From NCBI GenBank assembly GCA_963667015.2, contig CAXXJJ010000001.1, positions 512,001 to 576,000 of the forward strand: a DNA stretch of 64,000 nucleotides, in the 5' to 3' direction. Each line of letters starts with the position of its first letter. Position 1 is the stretch's first letter. Shown here piece by piece: positions 49,654 through 59,495 of this stretch. Position numbers and translations under genes: made by a program. The notes under the pieces were generated by a model. It was not told the DNA's origin, searched no databases, and was given only the letters and a program-made list of their open reading frames with translations. This stretch comes from Desulfatiglandales bacterium (GTDB lineage Bacteria; Desulfobacterota; DSM-4660; Desulfatiglandales; HGW-15).

Positions 49654-49698
49654 TCATAGAACAGCACGGGAAAACAACGGGGTCGCGTCTTGACATTT

Positions 49699-49765
49699 AA
49701 AGCTTAAAGCGCTCTTCATTATTTCAGTTGACCTTAATGAATTACTGAAGAGCGCTTTAAGCTTT
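49699..49765. terminator. Long hairpin between convergent genes
   Basis: 20-bp perfect IR AAAGCTTAAAGCGCTCTTCA. Confidence 0.6.
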
Positions 49766-49811
49766 ATGATCCCTTTTTCTTTTTTTCATTTATTGTAATA
49801 CTTATCTTCTT

Positions 49812-50429
49812 TTATAACTTAATCAATTTTTCAACTAAGGTATCCACATCTGTATAAGGGTTAAGGTTATAGATTTTTTCACCATTCGCAATATCGACTT
49901 TCCAGTGTTTTCTTATCTTTTTAGCATTTTGAATAGCAACCGCAGTATTTGTCTTTAATTTATTATAATTGTCATCATTCTTTTCATAATTTTTTATATA
50001 CTTACTGGATAAATATTTTATTAAGTCATCTGATTTTTCATACGCTCGACTTGTGAATTCAAAGTGAAGCAAAAACCAATATTCGAATGAGATACTTGAG
50101 AAAATAATATTTATATTTTTCCCTTCAGCTAAATTGAAAGATTCTGGATGTTTTGTATATCCATCTTTATCAAATACAACCCAAACATCATCATATGGGT
50201 TATTTTCACTTTCGGCTATTTTTTTTAACTCTTCTGCCTCAATTACTAATTCCTTTGCAGTATTTTTCCCAGAATCATAAATTTCTACTCTTAATGCTGA
50301 CAACTTGCTTCTATTTCTTACATCACTTTTTAAGCCATTAAAATAGTATGGTTCAGTTTTCTTGCCTTCACATAATATTAAAATTCTATCTTTTACTTTT
50401 CTTCTATTAGTGTTTCTTTTCTTTGGCAT
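49812..50429 (-). CDS. RloB family protein
   Basis: CEGKKTEPYYF, VFDKD, FEYWFLLHF and NPYT motifs. Confidence 0.9.
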   Translation of the reverse strand: MPKKRNTNRRKVKDRILILCEGKKTEPYYFNGLKSDVRNRSKLSALRVEIYDSGKNTAKELVIEAEELKKIAESENNPYDDVWVVFDKDGYTKHPESFNLAEGKNINIIFSSISFEYWFLLHFEFTSRAYEKSDDLIKYLSSKYIKNYEKNDDNYNKLKTNTAVAIQNAKKIRKHWKVDIANGEKIYNLNPYTDVDTLVEKLIKL

Positions 50430-51729
50430 TTTTCATCATTTCGCTAAAACTCCCAAATATCGGCAATGCCCCAAATCTACCACTCAAATACCATTTATCA
50501 TAAGGTATATTAGCCCTTACCTTATCATAATCGAACTCACTCATTGAATATATAGTTGTTGCTCCGAATTCATCTTTTTCAGTAAACCATATTTGATCTC
50601 TTCTAAATAATTCAGGAGATAACAATGTAGCATCATGAGTGGCAAAAATTAATTGAGCATTATATTTGTTAATTTTGGGATCATTAAAAAAATTAATTAG
50701 GAATCTAGTCATTAATGGGTGCAAACTGTTATTTAATTCATCAATTATTATTACAGCCCCACTTTGTAAAATATATAGGAGGCGACCAGCTAAATCATAT
50801 AGTCTTTTTGTTCCATTAGATTCTTCATCTATATCAAAACCAACCGTACCGACTTCAGATCCATCATCATATAACTTGTGATGCATTTCAGTCTTATAGG
50901 TTAAGTGATCTAAAAAATCTTCTTTTAACTCATCAGGTAATTCAGTAAATGGGCCTGACTTAAAAAAACTATCATCAACACTTACTTTTTTAATATTGAA
51001 ATGATCTATCCCGGTATCAGCAATTTTCAAAAAAGAACTAATATTTTTTTTCATTATTCCAGATTCATCATCTTTGCACAATCCAGTCGTAAAATCTCTG
51101 GAGAAGGGACTAGAAATATCAGCAGGAGCATAAAACCTAACATCATTTCTAAAGTACAAATACACCTCTCTCAATATTTCATTATTACTGTTAGCACCTT
51201 TTGATAAAAATAAATTATTTTCCAATAATTGTTTTTCGATCGTTCTTTTGGGTCCCTGGAAATAATCACCAAATTTAATAGGTGCCCCCTTTTTTCTGTG
51301 AAATAAAGTTGCTTCTTGACCTTTTGGATAATATACCAATGATTCTTCGAGAATTTCTTCTAAATTGAAATAGACTGAATATTTATATCTGGTAGTTTTA
51401 TCAACAATAAACTCTATTTCAAAAAAGGTAGGTTTACTAATCCATTTTTTATCTAAAGCGAACGGTTTGTAATGCCTTATTTGTTCGCCTAATTTTGTGT
51501 CAGTAGAAGTAACAATAAACTCTTGCAATGAGTCAATAGCCTTAAGTAAATTACTTTTTCCAGAAGCATTTGCTCCATATACAACCGCAGATTTGAGTAT
51601 GCCAATGTCTTTCTCATTTTCTGAACGATATACGCTATCATTTAGCTCTTTGAGTCCTGTTGCATACATACTTAAAGTAACGGGTTCTTTTATTGATTTA
51701 TAATTACTGACAGTGAAATCAATTATCAT
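50407..51729 (-). CDS. AAA_21/RloA-like ABC-type ATPase
   Basis: NYKSI, YGANASGKSN, ESNGT, IDEL..SLHP, FATHD and YLSGRFGALP motifs. Confidence 0.9.
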   Translation of the reverse strand: MIIDFTVSNYKSIKEPVTLSMYATGLKELNDSVYRSENEKDIGILKSAVVYGANASGKSNLLKAIDSLQEFIVTSTDTKLGEQIRHYKPFALDKKWISKPTFFEIEFIVDKTTRYKYSVYFNLEEILEESLVYYPKGQEATLFHRKKGAPIKFGDYFQGPKRTIEKQLLENNLFLSKGANSNNEILREVYLYFRNDVRFYAPADISSPFSRDFTTGLCKDDESGIMKKNISSFLKIADTGIDHFNIKKVSVDDSFFKSGPFTELPDELKEDFLDHLTYKTEMHHKLYDDGSEVGTVGFDIDEESNGTKRLYDLAGRLLYILQSGAVIIIDELNNSLHPLMTRFLINFFNDPKINKYNAQLIFATHDATLLSPELFRRDQIWFTEKDEFGATTIYSMSEFDYDKVRANIPYDKWYLSGRFGALPIFGSFSEMMKNAKEKKH

Positions 51730-51805
51730 TTTTTCATCCGATATTTATAAGTTTTTCGTATTTTTTATACAATAATAGCCAATTTTTAGGATAAGTCAAA
51801 TTAAA

Positions 51806-52981
51806 ATGGAGATCATCAAAGTTTTACAGGATACAACTACGCTTACATATAGTCATCATGCAGTAGAAGGAATGGGGCCGGTGAACACGAAGGGAGACAG
51901 ATCTGTTGGTCTGTTGGTTCATGATACCATGGCTTTTACAGAAGATGGTGTTCCATTAGGTCTTCTTGATGTTCAATGCTGGTCGAGAAAAGAGGAGGAA
52001 GCTGGTAAAAGGGAGTTTCGCGCGCGCCTGCCGATTGATCAAAAGGAAAGCATAAAATGGCTTAAGAGTTATCGGGCAGTGGAAGAAGTTCAGGGTCTTT
52101 GTCCGGATACTACGCTTGTGAGTGTTGGTGATCGAGAAGCCGATATATATGAGTTTTTCGAAGAAGCCGGCAGGAATGTATCGGGTCCGAAGCTGCTGGT
52201 TCGAGCCAAGCGTGGAGGAGGGAAGAAATCAGAAGAAGCGAGTCTTTTGGAAAAACTTTTAGAGGCTCCTTTGTCAGGCACACAGGAGCTTTTTATACCC
52301 CGAAAAGGATCACGTCGAGCTAGAACTGCTAAGTTAGGGATACGCTTTATCGAGATAGAGAAAAGGGCGCCCAGAAAAAAAGCCAACAGGCCGTCTATAA
52401 GGATGTGGGCGGTTCTTGCCAAGGAAATCGAAGCTGGTGAAAATGTTAAGGACCCGCTTGAATGGATATTGTTGACAACAGTTAAGACAGAAACATTTGA
52501 AGACGCTTGTAAAAGAATAGCCTGGTACAGCAAACGTTGGGGAATAGAAACATATCACCGGACATTAAAAAGCGGATGCCGGATAGAAGACCGAAGACTG
52601 GAAAATGCAGACAGGTTAGAAGCCTGCCTGGCAATTGATTTTGTAGTTGCCTGGAGAATATTCTGGATGACAAAACAAGGTCGAGAGATCCCCGACATTC
52701 CTTGTGATGTATTTTTAAGTGAAGACGAGTGGCAGGTTTTATGGATCAAGATAAATAAAGGTCCGATTCCAGCCAAACCGCCATCTATAGGTCAAGTGCT
52801 TCCAATGATTGGAGCGCTGGGTGGATACCTCAACAGAAAGGGGGATGGTCCTCCTGGTACCACAAGTATGTGGAGAGGTCTTACGCGGCTTCAGTCTATG
52901 GCCGAAGGTTACGCACTTGCTAAAAGACACATGCAACGAGCAGGACCTTAAACATCTGTGTCAAGTGTGGGTAATAGTCAG
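51806..52981 (+). mobile_element. IS4-family (IS50/Tn5-like) remnant; transposase 51806-52951 lacks its N-terminus
   Basis: QDTT, KES.KW, DREADIY, Y..RW.IE.YH..LKSGC and GGYL.RK.DGPPG motifs; right end ...GGGTAATAGTCAG; no matching left end seen. Confidence 0.82.
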
Positions 52982-53053
52982 GATCAAGTCGGGGAATGAC
53001 GGCGCGGGGTTGGATTCCCTGATTCCGCTATCCAATGATTATGAGACCTGACC

Positions 53054-53227
53054 AAAATCCACCATCAAATTTTTGTTCGCCAATAGTAACAGTGGATTTT
53101 GGATAACCCTGGGCACCAGTAAGATGTTAGATGCAAGGCACCGAAGGAGTGAAGGTACGCCGCAGGGAGAAACGACTGAAGGTAATCCCGCCATGGCGGG
53201 ACAGATGACATTTTGATGGTGGATCAG
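53054..53227 (-). repeat. MITE-like element (copy 2)
   Basis: Inverted homologue of 17209-17374. Confidence 0.65.
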
Positions 53228-53366
53228 ACCAGATGATTTGACTTGATAATATTGCCAAATAGATATACTTTCACGGCCTGTCTTCAGCGGATATAATGAT
53301 CTTAAGGCAGTTAAAAGATCTAAAATATGATTTAAATTATGAAAAGTTTATAAAATAGATGCAGTT

Positions 53367-54023
53367 ATGGATAAGGCTTCTAAAACGAGGTTAAACAGTG
53401 CTGAAAATACTGGAGATATCCTGGATATATTAAATGATATGACCTCCAGTATCGATATCATTCCGCTGGCAAATCTTCTCTGGAAAGAGGAGCAGGAGCT
53501 CTGTTTTTTTCCTGACAACAGGTTTGTTGAGATGTGGGACAGGGAAATTAAAAAGATACAGAAAGTATGTAAAGATGATCTCGCAAAATTTGAAAGCAGG
53601 TTGCTGGAGCTCGATATCTTCTCAGAAAGATTTCTGAACTCTCTTGACAGCTGCTTCCAGGGCACAGCATCGTCACTTATGGGATCACTATCCAGGCTGC
53701 AGGAGTCCATACACACTGAATGGAAATCCCGGATGTCCGGAAACGCCTTTTTCCCGCTGTTTGAGAAAACATTCCGGGAAGGTGAGTCCGGGAAACTCTG
53801 TAATATGCTTCATGATTGCAAGGCAGAAGCAAAAAGATCTCTTGAATCTGTACACGCTGCTGCTGAAGGCTGTTTGCCTGGAGAGCAGGGCATTTTATGT
53901 GAGGAACTCAGGCAGCAGTATCTTAAAAAAGCCCTGCTGGCATCAGCGGTGCTGCGGGAGTCAATAAACAGGATTATTTCCTTTTATGATAAAAAATGGA
54001 GACTTTTTCTGTCTCCTAAATAA
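53367..54023 (+). CDS. Helical hypothetical protein, first gene of the Zorya-like operon (DUF3348/ZorF position)
   Basis: Intact ORF 24 nt upstream of the zorA-like gene; family inferred from position only. Confidence 0.5.
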   Translation: MDKASKTRLNSAENTGDILDILNDMTSSIDIIPLANLLWKEEQELCFFPDNRFVEMWDREIKKIQKVCKDDLAKFESRLLELDIFSERFLNSLDSCFQGTASSLMGSLSRLQESIHTEWKSRMSGNAFFPLFEKTFREGESGKLCNMLHDCKAEAKRSLESVHAAAEGCLPGEQGILCEELRQQYLKKALLASAVLRESINRIISFYDKKWRLFLSPK

Positions 54024-54047
54024 GAGCAGCTATAAAGGAATTATTAT

Positions 54048-55832
54048 ATGAGTAGAATTAAAAGGGCTGATATTATCAGCCTTGTATTGATGATATGCAT
54101 CCCGGTACCATGTTTTTTTTATTTTGCGCTGCGTTTTTATACAGGTTTTGAAAAGAGTAATATTACAGGCCAGAATGTCTGCCTTATAATTGCAGCCGCC
54201 TTTGTATGGGGCATGGCAGACATTGTCCGGCATTACATCTCCATTTCCGGAGAGAATGACTCTCTTGAACGCTTCAGCATAAAATTTACAGCTGATGAAA
54301 ATGCGGATCTCAGCAGTGAGTTCAAAGATTCTATAATAAATCATCGTTACAATATCATCCTTTCACTCAGAAATTCCATTTCGGACATCAGGCATGAAGC
54401 ATTGTCTGAAATAATCAGTTCAAAGGAGTCAGGCAGAGCCGTCATGGCCAGGTATTTTATAGGTGCATGTGTCATGCTCGGGCTCCTCGGCAGTTTCCTC
54501 GGTCTCCTGGAGACAGTGGGCGGCGCTTACAGTGCCATAGAAAGTGTGAGTAATTCAACCCAGCTTCTCACAAATCTCCATTCACCGTTGAGTGGAATGT
54601 CCCTGGCCTTTTCAACCAGTATTGTCGGTATTATCGCTTCCCTCTCCCTTGGCTTTGCCTTTATTTTCCTGAATCGAAGACAGATGACCTTCCTCGCTGA
54701 CCTGGAGGAGTTCACACAGACTGCCCTGATACCCGGACTTAGTACCTCTTCCGGAAAAAGAATTGAGGATCTTCTTGAACGGCTTGTAAAGATAGAGGAG
54801 AACACCGGGGCATTTGTCAGCATGAGAACAGAAATAGGTTCAGAGGCAAAAAGGATGATTTCCAGCATTGACGGTTACTATTCAAGGCTTTCTGATTCAA
54901 TCCTGGAGAGGATGGAGAGCAGTATGCTTTCCCTGGGAAATAATATTTCCGATTCTTTTGCATCACTTTCGGACTCAACATCCCTGTCAATAAAATCTCT
55001 TAACAGTTCTGTCGACAGTTCAGTGAAAGATATGACCTCAAACCTTCAGTCAGGTCTCAAAGAGTTTCTTGATAATTTGAGCACGAGAGGCCAACAGGGC
55101 ATTAAAGAGGCTCACTCCCTTATGGAGAGTCATTCAGAAAAAAGCATGAAACAAATGGCGGGTCTTCTTACTTCAAACATGGATGCATACCGGGATTCTG
55201 TTGATTCTTTTATGGAGAAATGGAGCACTGTTCTTGAGTCGCGTATGGACACGTCCGCTAAAGAGATGCAGGAGAACACGAATCGTGTGTATAAAGATGC
55301 TCTTGACAGGAATGAGTCTATCATTTCTCAGAACCTGGATCTGTTTGAGAAGACATCCGGAGAGTTTCATGAGCTGGGGACCGGTCTGAAGCAGATGCAT
55401 GAAGTTTACCAAGAAAGCCTCGATCAGACAGCACAGGTCATAGACCAGGCTGTCAGGGGGTTCAGGGATATGCTTGAAAAGGAGCATGAAACCAATGAAG
55501 AGCTGTCGGAGAAAAATATTAAGGCCGGGGAACTGCTTGAAGAGGTTGCAGTGCTGCTTCAGAGCAATCAGGCTGAGATGAATGCTTCTTTGTCCATGTT
55601 TGTACAGGGGATAGACAGCCTGCTTCAGGGTTTCCAGGTTAAAGCCGGAGAAAAGGATAAAGAGCAGACTCTTGTGAAGAACCTTGAAAAATCCCTTAAT
55701 GAGCTTACGGAAAAGAGCGGCAGTGTGCTTCATGAATATGTGGCAAGGAGCAGGGAGATCTATTCAGGTCTCCTTGAAAATCAGCTCCACCTGACCCGGA
55801 AGATTGAAGAGATGACAGGCAGGCAGAACTGA
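54048..55832 (+). CDS. ZorA-like MotA/TolQ/ExbB channel with long helical tail
   Basis: LGLLGSFLGL...SGMSLAFSTSIVG motif followed by a long coiled-coil-like tail. Confidence 0.8.
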   Translation: MSRIKRADIISLVLMICIPVPCFFYFALRFYTGFEKSNITGQNVCLIIAAAFVWGMADIVRHYISISGENDSLERFSIKFTADENADLSSEFKDSIINHRYNIILSLRNSISDIRHEALSEIISSKESGRAVMARYFIGACVMLGLLGSFLGLLETVGGAYSAIESVSNSTQLLTNLHSPLSGMSLAFSTSIVGIIASLSLGFAFIFLNRRQMTFLADLEEFTQTALIPGLSTSSGKRIEDLLERLVKIEENTGAFVSMRTEIGSEAKRMISSIDGYYSRLSDSILERMESSMLSLGNNISDSFASLSDSTSLSIKSLNSSVDSSVKDMTSNLQSGLKEFLDNLSTRGQQGIKEAHSLMESHSEKSMKQMAGLLTSNMDAYRDSVDSFMEKWSTVLESRMDTSAKEMQENTNRVYKDALDRNESIISQNLDLFEKTSGEFHELGTGLKQMHEVYQESLDQTAQVIDQAVRGFRDMLEKEHETNEELSEKNIKAGELLEEVAVLLQSNQAEMNASLSMFVQGIDSLLQGFQVKAGEKDKEQTLVKNLEKSLNELTEKSGSVLHEYVARSREIYSGLLENQLHLTRKIEEMTGRQN

Positions 55833-56467
55833 TGTCAGTCAAATATCAGGACCCGTTCAAAATGGTTTTCTGGCCGGCTTTTACAGACCTTGTTATCGGG
55901 CTTTTTGCCATCCTTGTGTTTACGCTTATTATCTCCCTAATTCAGCAGACAGGCCAGGCAAGACAGATAGAGATACAGAAGGAGAAGATCGAAGAGATCT
56001 CCAGGCAGAATGAAAAGCTGGAAGAAGATCTCCAGGATGCAATCAATGCAGGTCTGATCTCAGTAAAAGACGGCCATATCGACATAATGACAAATATCCT
56101 GTTTGCTACCGGAAGCAGCGAGATCAATACCCATGGCAGGGAGCTCCTGAAAAGCCTTGTTGTTCCCCTGAGGAATTTCATTTCCAATAATGCTGACATA
56201 CTTATGATAAGCGGTTTTACAGACGACAAACCCATACATACAGATCAGTTTCCTTCAAACTGGGAGCTGTCCACAGCAAGGGCCACAGAGGTTGTAAGGC
56301 AGCTTACTGACCATGGATTTCCTTCGAACCGGATTTTTGCGGCCGGTTTCGGAGAACACCACCCAATTGTCGCCAATTCCGATAACCGGAACAGGCAGCG
56401 AAACAGGAGGGTTGAGATAAGCAGGATCTCAATTGAACTTCCCGAGATGCATGCAGAGGGACAATGA
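55832..56467 (+). CDS. ZorB-like MotB/OmpA protein
   Basis: WPAFTDL TM motif, GFTDD, NWELSTARA and NRRVEI; overlaps the previous stop codon. Confidence 0.85.
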   Translation: MSVKYQDPFKMVFWPAFTDLVIGLFAILVFTLIISLIQQTGQARQIEIQKEKIEEISRQNEKLEEDLQDAINAGLISVKDGHIDIMTNILFATGSSEINTHGRELLKSLVVPLRNFISNNADILMISGFTDDKPIHTDQFPSNWELSTARATEVVRQLTDHGFPSNRIFAAGFGEHHPIVANSDNRNRQRNRRVEISRISIELPEMHAEGQ

Positions 56468-57117
56468 CCGAGATATTATCTGCTCATCAGAAAGACATAA
56501 AAATTATACTTGATGCCGCTCTAAAGTTCTCATGTTCTGTTCAGCCGTGGAGAGGTGAATACCTGAAAGGTCTTGTCCTTAAGATTGAAGAAGCCCTGTC
56601 TGCTGAAAAGGAAAATGTCTGCAGATCAATGCTTCAAACCTGTCGTAAAATCATTAAAGAGTGGGATATAAACACCCTGCAGCAGGATCAGGAGAAGCAG
56701 GATTTATGCACATCTCCTGAAGATAACAATATATGCAGGGATATTGCGGAATATCTTGAGCAGGAGAAAGCCTTTTTTAGAAACCGCCCCGGGGCAGAGG
56801 AGTCTTTACCCGGACAGCCTGATTATCCTATTCCGAAAGGTGAAGCAGAAGAAGGTGATAAAAATGGGATATGGGAACAGTACCGCAGGTGGTCTGAAAC
56901 AGAGATCTCAGCATGGGATGAACTCTGCTCCGATTATCTTGCCAGGATCAGGTTTTCCCGGAACCTGGATTTTTCTGAATACGTTTCTGAAACCTGGGGA
57001 CCTTACAACACAAAATTCAATATTATAAAGGCGCTGGAACTGCTCAAGGAATTCGACCGTGAATGGCTCGAATCATACCTTATGCTCTACAGTTCTATTG
57101 GAAAGGAACAGCTATGA
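56464..57117 (+). CDS. DUF2894/ZorG-like protein
   Basis: C-terminal GPYN......ALELL......WL..YL..Y resembles DUF2894; ATGA coupling. Confidence 0.55.
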   Translation: MTEILSAHQKDIKIILDAALKFSCSVQPWRGEYLKGLVLKIEEALSAEKENVCRSMLQTCRKIIKEWDINTLQQDQEKQDLCTSPEDNNICRDIAEYLEQEKAFFRNRPGAEESLPGQPDYPIPKGEAEEGDKNGIWEQYRRWSETEISAWDELCSDYLARIRFSRNLDFSEYVSETWGPYNTKFNIIKALELLKEFDREWLESYLMLYSSIGKEQL

Positions 57118-57126
57118 AATTATCGG

Positions 57127-57380
57127 TCATTCAGCCTTTTTTATGAGATCAAGTTTTCGGGTGATATTGTTCTTTATCCAGCGGGCATCCCACCACTCCA
57201 GCGGGTTTACAAAAATACCATGCACAAGAATACTGAAATGCAGGTGATCACCGTTTGCAAGACCTGTCCGGCCTGAGTAGGCAATGACATCCCCTTTTTA
57301 ACAACAGAGCCCTGGGCAACACTAAAGCTGCTGAGATGCCCGTAAAGTGATGCCAGACCCTGCCCATGGTCAACCCCCAT
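57127..57380 (-). pseudogene. M23 peptidase C-terminal remnant
   Basis: DHGQGLASLYGHLS, frameshift, then TGLANGDHLHFSILVHGIFVNPLEWWD. Confidence 0.75.
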
Positions 57381-57537
57381 GTGATTCTGGTCATCTATTT
57401 TTTCATCATTGTAGAAATAGCGGGTGCTCTTTAAGGGGCCTACCATTTGGTGGGAATTATTTTTTATCCCACCGGCTGGTAGGATATCCGCGGCACAAAT
57501 TCGCCATCCTAAATGACTGAGACAGCATTAAAGTTAA

Positions 57538-58470
<933 letters not shown>

Positions 58471-58540
58471 ATAACAGAGGCCGGAATAAAAACAGGCTGC
58501 CGTCGTCACCAAGGCTATGCCGAGCCAGGGAAGCAGTTCT

Positions 58541-58599
58541 CCCTGTTAAATGTTGCCCGCTCTGCGGATTTAACTGGGCAAAGACTGCAGGCTGTTAGG
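58541..58599. repeat. REP-like palindrome CCCTGTTAAAT...ATTTAAC.GGG with CAGGCTGTTAGG
   Basis: Inverted relative of the copies at ~38821 and ~42177. Confidence 0.65.
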
Positions 58600-58721
58600 A
58601 AAAACATAAAAACGACGCGGAGCGTCTAAAAACTTGGATTCCCACGCAGAGCGCAGGAACCAGAGATCAGAAGACAGTAAAAAAACAGATAACTAAATAA
58701 AAAATATTTGGAGAATGTAAA

Positions 58722-59078
58722 ATGTTGATGATTAGATCCATTATAAGACCTGAAAAAGTTGATGATACCCTTGCAGCCCTTATGGAGGCAGGATTCCCGG
58801 CCGTTACAAAGATGTCAGTTGTCGGTCGTGGTAAGCAGCGGGGTATAAAGATCGGAGAAATCACCTATGATGAAATTCCAAAGGAACTTCTCATAACAGT
58901 GATACCGTCAAAGGATAAAGACTTTGTAATAAGGACAATAATAAAGGCTGCAAAGACCGGTGAAAAGGGTGCCTTTGGTGATGGAAAGATATTTATAACA
59001 CCGGTAGAGGAAGTCTACACAATAAGCTCGGGTGTTAAGGAGACCCCGGATGGAGAGCTGGAAGAGGTGACTATATGA
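58722..59078 (+). CDS. nifI1: P-II family nitrogenase regulator
   Basis: IIRPEK, GRGKQRG and GDGKIF motifs; lies between nifH and nifD. Confidence 0.92.
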   Translation: MLMIRSIIRPEKVDDTLAALMEAGFPAVTKMSVVGRGKQRGIKIGEITYDEIPKELLITVIPSKDKDFVIRTIIKAAKTGEKGAFGDGKIFITPVEEVYTISSGVKETPDGELEEVTI

Positions 59079-59458
59079 GAGAGGTAATGGCCATTGTGCG
59101 TATGAACGCCATAAACAAGACCAAACGGGCCCTTGCCGATGCAGGAATCTCTTCGATAACGGCCAGGGATGCCCTTGGAAGAGGAAAGGGACTGGTTGAT
59201 CTTCAACTGCTGGAAGGTGCGGAAAAGGGTTATGAAGAGGCCATCTCCCAGCTTGGAGGCAGTCAGAGGCTTATACCGAAACGCATACTATTTATTGTTG
59301 TGCCGGAAAAGCTGGTGGCAAAGACTGTAAAGACAATTATTAAAGTTAACCAGACGGGTAAGGCCGGAGACGGTAAAATATTTGTAAGCCCGGTTATGGA
59401 TTCTATAAGTGTCCGAACAGGCGTGAGTGGAGATCCTACTCTTGATGAAGCTGAATAG
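59075..59458 (+). CDS. nifI2: P-II family nitrogenase regulator
   Basis: GRGKG with long T-loop, NQTG..GDGKIF. Confidence 0.92.
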   Translation: MREVMAIVRMNAINKTKRALADAGISSITARDALGRGKGLVDLQLLEGAEKGYEEAISQLGGSQRLIPKRILFIVVPEKLVAKTVKTIIKVNQTGKAGDGKIFVSPVMDSISVRTGVSGDPTLDEAE

Positions 59459-59495
59459 GAAGACACTTTGAACCTGATGAAAGGAGAATAAAATA

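Noticed and set aside
54048..56467. Flagellar motAB
   Set aside because: The long tail on the A subunit, no flagellar genes nearby, and the defence-island context argue against it.
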